In this document: positions 7,857 through 16,362 of the stretch, piece after piece
Position numbering within the stretch: the first letter of the stretch is position 1
Layout: each line of letters opens with the position of its first letter
NCBI GenBank assembly: GCA_039024555.1
Contig: JBCCQQ010000094.1
Location: 1 to 17,570 of the forward strand
Reading direction: 5' to 3'
Source: Cyanobacteria bacterium P01_D01_bin.156
GTDB taxonomy: Bacteria > Cyanobacteriota > Cyanobacteriia > Phormidesmidales > Phormidesmidaceae
Length of the DNA: 17,570 nucleotides
Made by a program: the position numbers and the translations under genes
Notes under the pieces: model-generated
What the model saw: only the letters and a program-made list of their open reading frames with translations
Databases searched by the model: none
What the model was told of the DNA's origin: nothing

Positions 7857-8714
7857 ATGGCCAGTACCCTTCCTCAAACTCGGGTTCGGAATCGCAGATC
7901 TAACCCAGCGATATACCAAACACTAAAAGCATTTATTCTGTCAGGTCGTTCTACCAGGCGATTGATCGCTCTGGTACTCTTTTTTGGAATCTGGCAAATT
8001 CTATGCATGATTAGCTTTAAGTTTTTTATTAACTTTCAGCTGATTCCTTCTCCATGGGAAGTTGCTAAAGCGACGGTTGATTTCTTTACCACTGACCCCT
8101 GGGTGCATATTCGCTCTAGCGTCGTTCGAGTATTAGTTGGATTTGCCGTAGCCTCTGTACTAGGAACTATCTTGGGGATCTTGATTGGGTGGTTTCACAT
8201 TGCTGAAGACTTGTTAATGCCATCGTTGGAATTACTGCGCCCGATTCCTGCCGTTGCTTGGATTCCCCTAGCAATTCTCATGTTTCCTAATGCTGAAACA
8301 GGGATGATTTACATCACCTTTATTGGGGCGTTTTTCCCAGTTCTCATCAGTACCATTCGGGCTGTTGAGAATATTCTGCACGATATTGTTTTAATTCGTG
8401 TAGGGCAGTGTTTAGGAGCTAATCAATGGCATGTCTTTAAAGATATTGTTATTCCTGGAGCATTACCCGGTATTGCGGGTGGTTTAACCATTGGTATGGG
8501 CAACGCCTGGTTTTGTTTGGTCACTGCCGAGATTTTGGCAGGGCGCTATGGCGTAGGGTACATAACCTGGGAGTCCTATGTCACATCGAACTATCCTCCC
8601 ATTGTCATGGGCATGTTACTCATTGGCCTGATGGGCGCCATCAGCTCCTGGGCTGTAGGACGGAGTACGGCCGCCTTAATGCCCTGGCGCGTGATTAAGA
8701 AGCAGGATGTTTAA
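7857..8714 (+). CDS. ABC transporter permease, NitT/TauT family
   Basis: LRPIPAVAWIPLAILMF and LGA...FKDIVIPGALPGI motifs; multiple hydrophobic segments. Confidence 0.93.
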   Translation: MASTLPQTRVRNRRSNPAIYQTLKAFILSGRSTRRLIALVLFFGIWQILCMISFKFFINFQLIPSPWEVAKATVDFFTTDPWVHIRSSVVRVLVGFAVASVLGTILGILIGWFHIAEDLLMPSLELLRPIPAVAWIPLAILMFPNAETGMIYITFIGAFFPVLISTIRAVENILHDIVLIRVGQCLGANQWHVFKDIVIPGALPGIAGGLTIGMGNAWFCLVTAEILAGRYGVGYITWESYVTSNYPPIVMGMLLIGLMGAISSWAVGRSTAALMPWRVIKKQDV

Positions 8715-8730
8715 CTAGAGGAATACACCC

Positions 8731-9555
8731 ATGATCCAAGAGACCCTTGCCCCGGCTGCTGTCGAAACAGACCCCAAAGGTGCTGTCAATGTCGAAGGCA
8801 TTTCCATGACCTTTAGCCGACAGGGCCATTCTACTCAGGTGCTCGATTCGATTAACTTACAAATTAAGCCGGGAGAGCTAGTCTGCCTGCTAGGGCCATC
8901 GGGATGTGGTAAATCTACGCTGCTTAATATCATTGCCGGATTTATTAAACCCACCGCTGGTTATGTCATGGTGGATCAAAAACAGGTTACCAAGCCGGGT
9001 GCCGATCGAGGGTTTGTTTTTCAACAATATTCTTTGTTGCCCTGGAAAACAACCTATCAGAATGTTGAATTTGGATTAAAAATTAAAGGCATTCCCAAAG
9101 CAGAACGACAAGATATGGTTGGGGAGTATCTTAACCTCGTGGGGCTTGGTAAGTATCGCAATGCCTATCCCAGCCAGCTTTCCGGAGGCATGCAACAACG
9201 AGCTAGTATTGTTAGAGCATTGGTAAACTCACCTTCGGTACTACTGATGGATGAGCCATTTGCAGCGCTAGATGCTCAAACTCGACATATGATGCAGGAG
9301 CTGCTGTTAAATATTTGGAGTACTCTAAAGACAACCGTTATTTTTGTCACCCATGATATTGAAGAAGCTGTCTTTTTAGGCGATCGCATCTTTGTAATGG
9401 GGGTACAACCAGGCCATATTAAAGCCGAGTTAGATATTCCCTTGGCTAGACCTCGCCATGTGGACGATATGCTAACGCCAGAGTTCACCCAGCTTAATCG
9501 ACAGGTATTTGAATGTATCCGAGAAGAAACCTTAAAGAGTATGGAGCAGCCTTAG
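8731..9555 (+). CDS. ABC transporter ATP-binding subunit, NitT/TauT family
   Basis: GPSGCGKST, YPSQLSGGMQQR, LLMDEPFAALD, FVTHDIEEAVFL; GAGG RBS upstream. Confidence 0.95.
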   Translation: MIQETLAPAAVETDPKGAVNVEGISMTFSRQGHSTQVLDSINLQIKPGELVCLLGPSGCGKSTLLNIIAGFIKPTAGYVMVDQKQVTKPGADRGFVFQQYSLLPWKTTYQNVEFGLKIKGIPKAERQDMVGEYLNLVGLGKYRNAYPSQLSGGMQQRASIVRALVNSPSVLLMDEPFAALDAQTRHMMQELLLNIWSTLKTTVIFVTHDIEEAVFLGDRIFVMGVQPGHIKAELDIPLARPRHVDDMLTPEFTQLNRQVFECIREETLKSMEQP

Positions 9556-9568
9556 GAATATTGTCGTA

Positions 9569-10753
9569 ATGGTTCCCCCCAGCTTGAACGAAAATATTTC
9601 TAATAGAAATCCTTTGGGACGTCTATTGGGTTCAGCTCGGTATCTAAATAAACTTCATGGCATATTTTTTGTGAGTTTATTTAGCCTAGCTGCCTATCAT
9701 CTATCTTCCTTTGAAATTCTGAAGAGCCTTAAAATGAGTCCAGTTATTGTTGGACTTATTCTGGGGGCTTTTTATGCAAACAGTTTTGGCAGAGATTTGC
9801 CCTCCAAATGGGTGCCTGGTATTGTTTTTTGTAAAAATAAAATCCTTAAAATAGCCATTATATTTTATGGTGTAAAGCTAACTTTTCAAGATTTATCTGC
9901 GGTGGGTCTAGCTGGGCTTTTATCTTGTTTTTTTATCGTCATTAGTACCTTTTTTATTGCCTTTTTGCTAGGCAAATATTGTTTTAAGCTAGATCATGAC
10001 CTCTCGATTCTAATTGCTGCAGGAAGCTCTATTTGTGGTTCAGCCGCCATACTAGCGACAAGTTCAATTTTAAAGAGCAAATCCTATAAAAACATTATTG
10101 CTGTCGCGATTACGTTTCTACTTGGCACTTTGGGGATGTTGCTGTTCCCTCTGGTTTACAGGCTGGGATGGTTTCAGGTGAATGAAACTATATTTGGCGT
10201 TTTTCTGGGTATTACCCTGCCATCTGTCGGCAATGTAGCCGCAGCAGGAGCGGCTGTTTCTGAGGTAACCGTGCAAAGTGCCATCATTGTAAAGATGATT
10301 CGGGTCATGATGCTAGTTCCTTTTTTGTTGCTTTTGGGACTATACAGGTCAAGAGGGGACGCTTCTGATTCAGGAGATGCATCAATCCGTGGCAAAGGCT
10401 CGTCAGTATCTTTGCCAGAAAGCCATACCGGAGTGCAGTACCGTCCCAGAAACTATATGGGGGTAATCTCTGGGACGCCGACTATTCAACAAAAGAGTAA
10501 AGCTATTGTTCCTTGGTTTGCTATTTTTTTTATAGGTGCGATCGCAATAAATTCACTGTTACAACCGCCCCTTGGAGTTGTTAACTTCATTAACCATGTC
10601 GACAAATTCTGTTTGACCATGGCAATGACGGCTCTGGGTATTGAAACAAGCGCCCATAAAATTCAGGGAGTCGGTCTTAACCTGATTTACCTAGGTCTTG
10701 TGGTGTCGGCTTGGCTAATTGTTGCTGGCTTACTCATCACTTATTTTATATAG
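9569..10753 (+). CDS. YeiH/UPF0324 (PSE, putative sulfate exporter) family membrane protein
   Basis: Family motifs ILKIAIIFYG, LIAAGSSICGSAAI, IVKMIRVMML, VPWF and LTMAMTALG; about 10 hydrophobic segments. Confidence 0.85.
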   Translation: MVPPSLNENISNRNPLGRLLGSARYLNKLHGIFFVSLFSLAAYHLSSFEILKSLKMSPVIVGLILGAFYANSFGRDLPSKWVPGIVFCKNKILKIAIIFYGVKLTFQDLSAVGLAGLLSCFFIVISTFFIAFLLGKYCFKLDHDLSILIAAGSSICGSAAILATSSILKSKSYKNIIAVAITFLLGTLGMLLFPLVYRLGWFQVNETIFGVFLGITLPSVGNVAAAGAAVSEVTVQSAIIVKMIRVMMLVPFLLLLGLYRSRGDASDSGDASIRGKGSSVSLPESHTGVQYRPRNYMGVISGTPTIQQKSKAIVPWFAIFFIGAIAINSLLQPPLGVVNFINHVDKFCLTMAMTALGIETSAHKIQGVGLNLIYLGLVVSAWLIVAGLLITYFI

Positions 10754-10766
10754 CCCCTGGCATCAG

Positions 10767-12827
10767 CTAGAAGGACTTGATAGCCGTTTCCAAAAACTCT
10801 GTCTGTATCCAGTTATTTGTATCAATATTTCCTAGTTCCTCGTTGCCTGGAATGATTTGGAGTTGTTTAATATGCTCCGTAATCCAGTCAGTTTTAATTT
10901 GCGTTGCTGGGAAAAACAAACCAGTGTGATTAGGTTGCTGGTAATCAAGGGTCTTTGCCACAATTTCAGGAGCTAGACTAACCCAGTTACTAACCAAGGA
11001 AAGCGCGCTAGGTGTGGTTACATACCAATGTTGAGCTGCAATTAAGGCTTTAAGGTAAGCAACGACAATTTCAGGATGGTCGTCTATTAAAGCTTTTCTG
11101 GCTACAATGCCATGAAATGTTGGTAGGCCCGTCATATCAGGAGTATCCACCAAACGACGAAACTTACCACGGTGGCTGGCAATTTCATGGAGAGGGGCAA
11201 AATAGGCATAGCCGTCCGCCTCGGCATTTTGCGGAGTGAGCCGATTAATGCTCAGGTTATTGATCGAAGTAAGCGTTACATCCTGCAACAGATTTGCTTG
11301 GGACAAAGTACGCATCACCATCCCGTGAGCTGATGAAGCAAAGGGAACGGCAATAACGCGATGACGTAAATCATCCAAACTGCTTAGGGGTGACCGACCA
11401 GGAACAATAATGGTATTACCTGTACCATCTGGATTGCTGGCAACAAAGCTAACTAATCGGGTTTTGGTTAAGGATTCATTTTCCGGAGAAATACCACTTA
11501 ACAACAAGGGATAATCCCCTAAGATGCCAATATCTAATTCTTGAGATTGCAAACCTGCTACGATGGGAGCCCCTGATGTAAAATCTCTCCATTTAATTCT
11601 ATAGTCAATGTTGCTGTATTGCCCATCCCGAGGGAGAAAATGCTCCAATAGCCCTAAGCGTTGAATAATGCTCCCAGCGGTCACTGTTTGGATTGTTTTA
11701 TTTTGGGTGCCAATGGCCAGGGTTATGGTTTCAGTCAGCGTTTTAGAACGTTGAATAGCAATGCCCGGAGATCTTAAATGAACCTTCCTAGCATCCTTAG
11801 CAAAAGGTGATGGAAAAGAACTTGCAGATATTCCATCAGAGTATTTTGTCGTTGTTGAGCTTGGTTTTCGGAGACGTCGTCTACGCTCAGATTCCCTAGA
11901 AACAAGCTGAATAAACTGCTGTACCGGTTCAACAGATATTGTTTTAGCCCCGCGTTTTTGAGATTGCCGATGGAGCATCTTGGAAAGTTGCTTTGGCATC
12001 AGCATAAATAATTGATAGTCAAAGGCAAATTCCTGCAATGGAATTTCGACTAGCAATTTGGTTTGGCGCTCTGTTATTAGCTGCATGCTTGAGCCAAACC
12101 CTAAATAATGGCCCTGGGTTAAGAATGTATTCAATAATCCAGCTGTGTGAACGACTTCCTGGTGAGGAAAGTCAGAGATTTGCATTCCCAGTTCGGATAG
12201 TCGTCCCTCCAATGCCAGACGCTCAGAGGTGCCGGTGGCTGGGAATACCCAAAATTCTGATTTAAGCTCCTGCAAACTAAGCCATTTACAATGAGCCAAA
12301 CGATGGTCAGCGGCCACCATTAGAAAATATTGAAAGCTGCCAACAGGAGATGAGGTAATCTCGTTAAAATCACTAAGATTTGTTTCAGAAAACCCAATTT
12401 CTACATCACCTATGGTGATTGCTTGATGTAGCTGCTGAACCGTATCAAATGGCAAGCATTCTAACTGGATATTGGGATATTCCTGACGATATCTAAATAA
12501 AAGATGGGGTAGCCATCCACGGGCAATACTGTGGGTACAGCCAATCTTTAGATGGCTAAATTTTCCCTGTTTTATTTCGTTGATTTTATTGAGTAAATGG
12601 CTTTCTAAAGCGATAAGTTTTGGCCCTTCTTCTAACAAGTAATCGCCCACAGGCGTTAGTTCTATTTTGCGCCCAAGCCGATAGAAAAGCTCCGTGTCTA
12701 GGCTAGCTTCCAGTGCCTTTATCTTCGCACTCACCGCAGGCTGGGTCAGATTTAGCACATCTGCCGCTTCTGTAAAACTCAGGTGGCGAGCCACCTCTAG
12801 AAAAACTTTAAGCTGATAAAACTCCAC
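10767..12827 (-). CDS. LysR-family regulator fused to a C-terminal ABC substrate-binding-like domain
   Basis: LysR HTH (EFYQLKVFLEVARHLSFTEAADVLNLTQPAVSAKIKALE...LFYR), LysR effector domain, a basic/Ser-rich linker, then ~320 aa homologous to the SBP at 5965. GTG at 12827 gives a typical LysR N-terminus; the ORF-track ATG at 12875 is an alternative start. Confidence 0.88.
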   Translation of the reverse strand: MEFYQLKVFLEVARHLSFTEAADVLNLTQPAVSAKIKALEASLDTELFYRLGRKIELTPVGDYLLEEGPKLIALESHLLNKINEIKQGKFSHLKIGCTHSIARGWLPHLLFRYRQEYPNIQLECLPFDTVQQLHQAITIGDVEIGFSETNLSDFNEITSSPVGSFQYFLMVAADHRLAHCKWLSLQELKSEFWVFPATGTSERLALEGRLSELGMQISDFPHQEVVHTAGLLNTFLTQGHYLGFGSSMQLITERQTKLLVEIPLQEFAFDYQLFMLMPKQLSKMLHRQSQKRGAKTISVEPVQQFIQLVSRESERRRRLRKPSSTTTKYSDGISASSFPSPFAKDARKVHLRSPGIAIQRSKTLTETITLAIGTQNKTIQTVTAGSIIQRLGLLEHFLPRDGQYSNIDYRIKWRDFTSGAPIVAGLQSQELDIGILGDYPLLLSGISPENESLTKTRLVSFVASNPDGTGNTIIVPGRSPLSSLDDLRHRVIAVPFASSAHGMVMRTLSQANLLQDVTLTSINNLSINRLTPQNAEADGYAYFAPLHEIASHRGKFRRLVDTPDMTGLPTFHGIVARKALIDDHPEIVVAYLKALIAAQHWYVTTPSALSLVSNWVSLAPEIVAKTLDYQQPNHTGLFFPATQIKTDWITEHIKQLQIIPGNEELGNIDTNNWIQTEFLETAIKSF

Positions 12828-13006
12828 AGTAAAATGCCTACCCAGCCATTTAATAATTGGTGATTTCTTAACCATGTTCTGAGTAATAAGTACTCAGTTT
12901 ATAATTTTTAAAAAATTGTATTAGCCAAACCCTTGCCTAAGGCTTAATTGTCAGTATTACTTAACCAATTAGAATTTCTTTTTTCTTGGTATTCACATTT
13001 TTTATG

Positions 13007-13049
13007 AGTATATAAAATAAATGAATCCAAAAACTGTACCCCTCGATAC
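13007..13049 (-). promoter_or_regulatory. NtcA-activated (class II-type) promoter for the LysR-SBP gene
   Basis: Minus strand reads GTA-TCGAGGGG-TAC (13049-13036), N23, TATACT (13012-13007), matching GTA-N8-TAC-N22/23-TAN3T. Confidence 0.7.
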
Positions 13050-13164
13050 TAAAAGTCTTGAGCCAATCACTGACTCTCTTTAAGATAGTGACAGCAGGAA
13101 AAAAGGTTGAGGCTGTAATTTTGTTGACTAGGGCTATACTCTCTTTTGAAATTTTGGGCCAAGT

Positions 13165-13179
13165 ATAAGTTTTTGATAG
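13165..13179. promoter_or_regulatory. Possible LysR-type operator upstream of the flavoprotein operon
   Basis: ATA-AGTTTTTGA-TAG (T-N11-A) in the divergent lysR/flavoprotein intergenic region. Weaker match than copies A and B, in AT-rich context. Confidence 0.35.
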
Positions 13180-13296
13180 CAACTGCCTCTTTAAGGTTTT
13201 AAATTCGATTCAAACTTCAAAGATGTTAAGTCCTGCTGTGTTGTCAGCTTTTTTTCGGTCAGGTTTGATTACCCAAGTAGACGTGAGGGATTGTGC

Positions 13297-15000
13297 GTGA
13301 AGACTCAGCATCTGCAAACAGATTTTTTAGTGATTGGTGGTGGCACCGCTGGTACGATGGCAGGCATCAAAGCCAAGCAGGCTAATCCAGATGCCGATGT
13401 TTTGATTTTGGAGAAAGCGAATATTCGTCGCAGTGGCGCGATCGCAATGGGTATGGATGGCGTTAACACCGCTGTTATTCCCGGTAACTCTACACCTGAG
13501 CAGTACGTGAGAGAGATTACTATTGCCAACGACGGTATTCTAAACCAGAAGGCGGTCTATCAAACCGGTCGCTGGGGTTTTGAGGTAATTCAAGAGCTAG
13601 AGAGTTGGGGTGTAAAATTCCAAAAAGACAACGAAGGGAATTACGACCTAAAGCAGGTGCACCGAGTGGGTAAATATGTGTTACCCATGCCTGAAGGAAA
13701 AGACCTCAAGAAGATTCTTTCTCGTCAGGTAAAACGCCATAAAGTGCGGGTCACTAATCGAGTTATGGCCACTCGGGTCATGGTTAAAGAAGGTCGCGTG
13801 ATCGGAGCCGTTGGTTTTGATGTGCGGAAGGGAGACTTTGTTGTTATCCAAGCCAAGGCCGTTGTTCTGTGTACTGGAGCCTGTGGACGTCTTGGATTGC
13901 CTGCCTCGGGTTATCTCTATGGTACCTATGAGAATCCCACGAATGCTGGCGATGGTTACTCCATGGCTTACCACGCTGGGGCAGAACTTACCAACATTGA
14001 ATGTTTTCAGATTAATCCCCTCATTAAGGATTACAACGGTCCTGCTTGCGCCTATGTGGCCAGTCCCTTTGGGGCCTACACCGCTAATGCGGAAGGTAAT
14101 CGCTTTATTAGCTGCGATTACTGGAGTGGCCAGATGATGCTGGAAACTTGGAAAGAGTTGAACTCAGGTAAGGGGCCAGTACATCTTAAGATGTATCACC
14201 TGGATGATGATACCATTTCCGAAATTGAACGAGTCTTATGGGCCAACGAGCGTCCTAGTCGAGAGCGTTTCCACGAGGGACGAGGAGAGAACTACCGTAC
14301 CCACGGCGTGGAGATGAACATCTCCGAAATTGGTCTGTGTAGTGGTCACAGTGCCTCGGGTGTTTGGGTCAATGAAAAAGCAGAAACAACTGTGCCAGGT
14401 CTTTATGCGGCTGGAGACATGGCCAGTGTGCCCCACAACTATATGATTGGGGCATTTGTTTCCGGGCGTTTATCCGGCATCAATGCTATGGATTATGTGA
14501 AAGGGCTGGGGCACGTAGAGCCAGACCCTGAGTTTTTAGCAGCGGAAAAAGCTCGGATTTACGCACCGTTAGATCGTCCCGATGGCATTCCCCACACCCA
14601 GGTGGAATATAAGCTACGGCGATACGTCAATGATTATCTGCAGCCACCCAAGTCTCCCACTAAGATGGACATTGGTCTGGCCTACTTTGAAAAGTACTAT
14701 CAGACCCTAGATTTAATGGGAGCTAGGGATCCCCACGAACTGATGCGCTGTATGGAAGTCCACTTTATTCGCGACTGTGCCGAAATGGCGGCACGGGCCT
14801 CTTTATACCGAAAGGAGAGCCGCTGGGGACTGTATCACTATCGACTAGATTATCCTGAGAAGAATGATACGGAATGGTTCTGCCATGCCAACTTAAGGAA
14901 GACAGAGGCCGGAGAGATGGAAATGTTTAAGCGTCCTGTAGCTCCGTATATTGTAGAAGTAGATCTGCAACAGGAAGTTTACGATGTCGCTGTAAGGTAA
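13297..15000 (+). CDS. FAD-dependent oxidoreductase, APS reductase alpha-like (AprA/AsfA-type; SDH/FRD flavoprotein superfamily)
   Basis: VIGGGTAG FAD fold; EKANIRRSGAIAMGMDGVN resembles the AprA N-terminal motif (xKAxxxRSGAVAQG); TTVPGLYAAGD; RKESRWGLYHYRLDYP. Lacks the SdhA/FrdA RSH covalent-FAD motif. GTG at 13297 follows a GAGGGA RBS (the ORF track uses TTG 13291). Confidence 0.85.
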   Translation: MKTQHLQTDFLVIGGGTAGTMAGIKAKQANPDADVLILEKANIRRSGAIAMGMDGVNTAVIPGNSTPEQYVREITIANDGILNQKAVYQTGRWGFEVIQELESWGVKFQKDNEGNYDLKQVHRVGKYVLPMPEGKDLKKILSRQVKRHKVRVTNRVMATRVMVKEGRVIGAVGFDVRKGDFVVIQAKAVVLCTGACGRLGLPASGYLYGTYENPTNAGDGYSMAYHAGAELTNIECFQINPLIKDYNGPACAYVASPFGAYTANAEGNRFISCDYWSGQMMLETWKELNSGKGPVHLKMYHLDDDTISEIERVLWANERPSRERFHEGRGENYRTHGVEMNISEIGLCSGHSASGVWVNEKAETTVPGLYAAGDMASVPHNYMIGAFVSGRLSGINAMDYVKGLGHVEPDPEFLAAEKARIYAPLDRPDGIPHTQVEYKLRRYVNDYLQPPKSPTKMDIGLAYFEKYYQTLDLMGARDPHELMRCMEVHFIRDCAEMAARASLYRKESRWGLYHYRLDYPEKNDTEWFCHANLRKTEAGEMEMFKRPVAPYIVEVDLQQEVYDVAVR

Positions 15001-15006
15001 CTATTG

Positions 15007-15040
15007 AACCTACCCTGGAGCCTCTCCAAAGAAGGGGAGA
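15007..15040. repeat. Degenerate single-arm copy of the REP-like element
   Basis: AACCTACCCTGGAGCCTCTCCAAAGAAGGGGAGA resembles the right arm at 980-1010 (AACCCACCCCGGAGCCCCTCCCTGGAGGGGA). Confidence 0.65.
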
Positions 15041-15139
15041 AAACATTAGGTTTGGTTTTAAGTACGGCATCGAACAGTTCTTTTAGCTAAATGTACTTCT
15101 GGTCTGTCCCAATCTGTTCTTTATCTGAGAAAGTTATCT

Positions 15140-15367
15140 ATGGCTTTAACAACCCAGCGTGTAGACGTTCCCGTCATTGTCGACGAATCTAAATGTCTCG
15201 AAAAATGTGTCGCTTGCATTGAAGTGTGTCCTCTGGATGTCTTGGTGAAAAATCCAGAAACCGGTAAAGCCTACATGAAATATGACGAGTGTTGGTTCTG
15301 TCTCCCCTGTGAGAAGGAATGCCCCACCAATGCCATCACCGTTCAGATTCCATTTCTGTTGCGTTAG
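15140..15367 (+). CDS. 2x[4Fe-4S] ferredoxin, AprB/AsfB-like partner subunit
   Basis: CLEKCVACIEVCP and ECWFCLPCEKECP; the Trp in ECW matches the AprB-type motif; 75 aa, directly downstream of the flavoprotein. Confidence 0.9.
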   Translation: MALTTQRVDVPVIVDESKCLEKCVACIEVCPLDVLVKNPETGKAYMKYDECWFCLPCEKECPTNAITVQIPFLLR

Positions 15368-15381
15368 GGAGACTATTTACC

Positions 15382-16362
15382 ATGGCTAATGCTGAACTGG
15401 ATCCAGAGGTAGTGCAATGGGTAGAAATGTTGGGCTCGGAGGATCTTGGCGATCGTCTTGTGGCGGCCAAAGCCCTGCAACATTTGGGTGACGAGGATGC
15501 TATCGATGCGCTGATGCAGAGTTTAAATGACACAAGCGCTAGGGTTCAAGAGATTGCTGTTACAGCCCTATGGGAAATGGCTAATCCGGTAGTGGTGCCT
15601 GCCCTGTTGGACTGTCTGAGTTCTAACCATGAGCCAGATGTGCGCACAGAAGCTCTGTCGGCGCTCAAAGAACTGGTCTCCCCTGATGACTTACTGAAGC
15701 TGTTGGATGCGATCCAAGTGGATGACGAGAATATGCAGCTGAATGTGTTAGTTCTGCTGCGAAAAATCCACGATGCCCAGGCATTGCCCTATGTGATGCC
15801 TTTCTTTGAATCGGGAAATCCCACCCTGCGAGAAGCCTCTATTGTTACCCTGCGATATCTAAACCAGGTGGTGCGGTGTGAACCAGCGTTGGCTTTAGCT
15901 AAGGATACTAACGACGATGTGCGACGTTCGGCAATTTTGACCCTGGGCTACCTAAGCGATGAGCAAGTGGTACCGATGCTGTGCGATGCGATCGCAAACG
16001 ATTCCGATTGGCAGGTGCGCCGTAATGCAGCTCAATCCTTGGATTTACATGCCACTGAAGCAGCGATTCCAGCCCTGACCCAAGCCATGGGAGATGACCA
16101 CTGGCAGGTGCGCAAGTTTACGGCCCGTGCGTTGCAAAAGGTAGCTAATGATGAAACTATCCCCAACCTAATCAAGGCCCTCTCCGATGAATATTCGGAT
16201 GTGCGACGGGATGCGGCCATTGCCCTAGGCAATCTAGGTAATCCCGAGGTGCTACCGGCCTTACAACAAACCCTAGATGACCCGGATAGGGACGTTCAAA
16301 TCTTTTCCCAGCGCGCCATTCAAAAAATTCAGGATCAGCTGACAGAGACCTCTAATGCCTAA
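15382..16362 (+). CDS. HEAT-repeat (PBS lyase HEAT-like) protein
   Basis: About 10 repeats of the L.D.D..VR..AA.ALG pattern (DSDWQVRRNAAQSL, DDHWQVRKFTARAL, DEYSDVRRDAAIALG). ATG 15382 follows GGGAG; the ORF-track start at 15319 overlaps the ferredoxin. Confidence 0.9.
   Translation: MANAELDPEVVQWVEMLGSEDLGDRLVAAKALQHLGDEDAIDALMQSLNDTSARVQEIAVTALWEMANPVVVPALLDCLSSNHEPDVRTEALSALKELVSPDDLLKLLDAIQVDDENMQLNVLVLLRKIHDAQALPYVMPFFESGNPTLREASIVTLRYLNQVVRCEPALALAKDTNDDVRRSAILTLGYLSDEQVVPMLCDAIANDSDWQVRRNAAQSLDLHATEAAIPALTQAMGDDHWQVRKFTARALQKVANDETIPNLIKALSDEYSDVRRDAAIALGNLGNPEVLPALQQTLDDPDRDVQIFSQRAIQKIQDQLTETSNA

Larger units (their letters stand above)
92..15995. repeat. Dispersed HIP1 octamers (GCGATCGC)
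   Basis: Seen at 92, 574, 1789, 2094, 4493, 5535, 9380, 10538, 13438 and 15988 (manual scan). About 0.3 copies expected by chance (17570/4^8). Characteristic of many cyanobacteria. Confidence 0.9.

Noticed and set aside
5965..9555. nrtABCD/cmpABCD nitrate or bicarbonate transporter
   Set aside because: The SBP lacks NrtA/CmpA motifs, there is a single short ATPase with no NrtC-type fusion, and no nirA/narB is nearby.
12961..13182. 73-aa minus-strand ORF in the divergent promoter region
   Set aside because: TTG start, AT-rich regulatory DNA containing the NtcA box and -10, and no motifs. A small protein cannot be fully excluded.
13297..15000. sdhA/frdA, nadB or bona fide aprA assignment
   Set aside because: No covalent-FAD His motif, no SdhB-type [2Fe-2S] partner or membrane anchors, short partner ferredoxin, and no sat/qmo context.
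15382..16362. Phycobiliprotein lyase (cpcE/F)
   Set aside because: Only generic HEAT repeats; the context is an Fe-S flavoenzyme operon, not phycobilisome genes.
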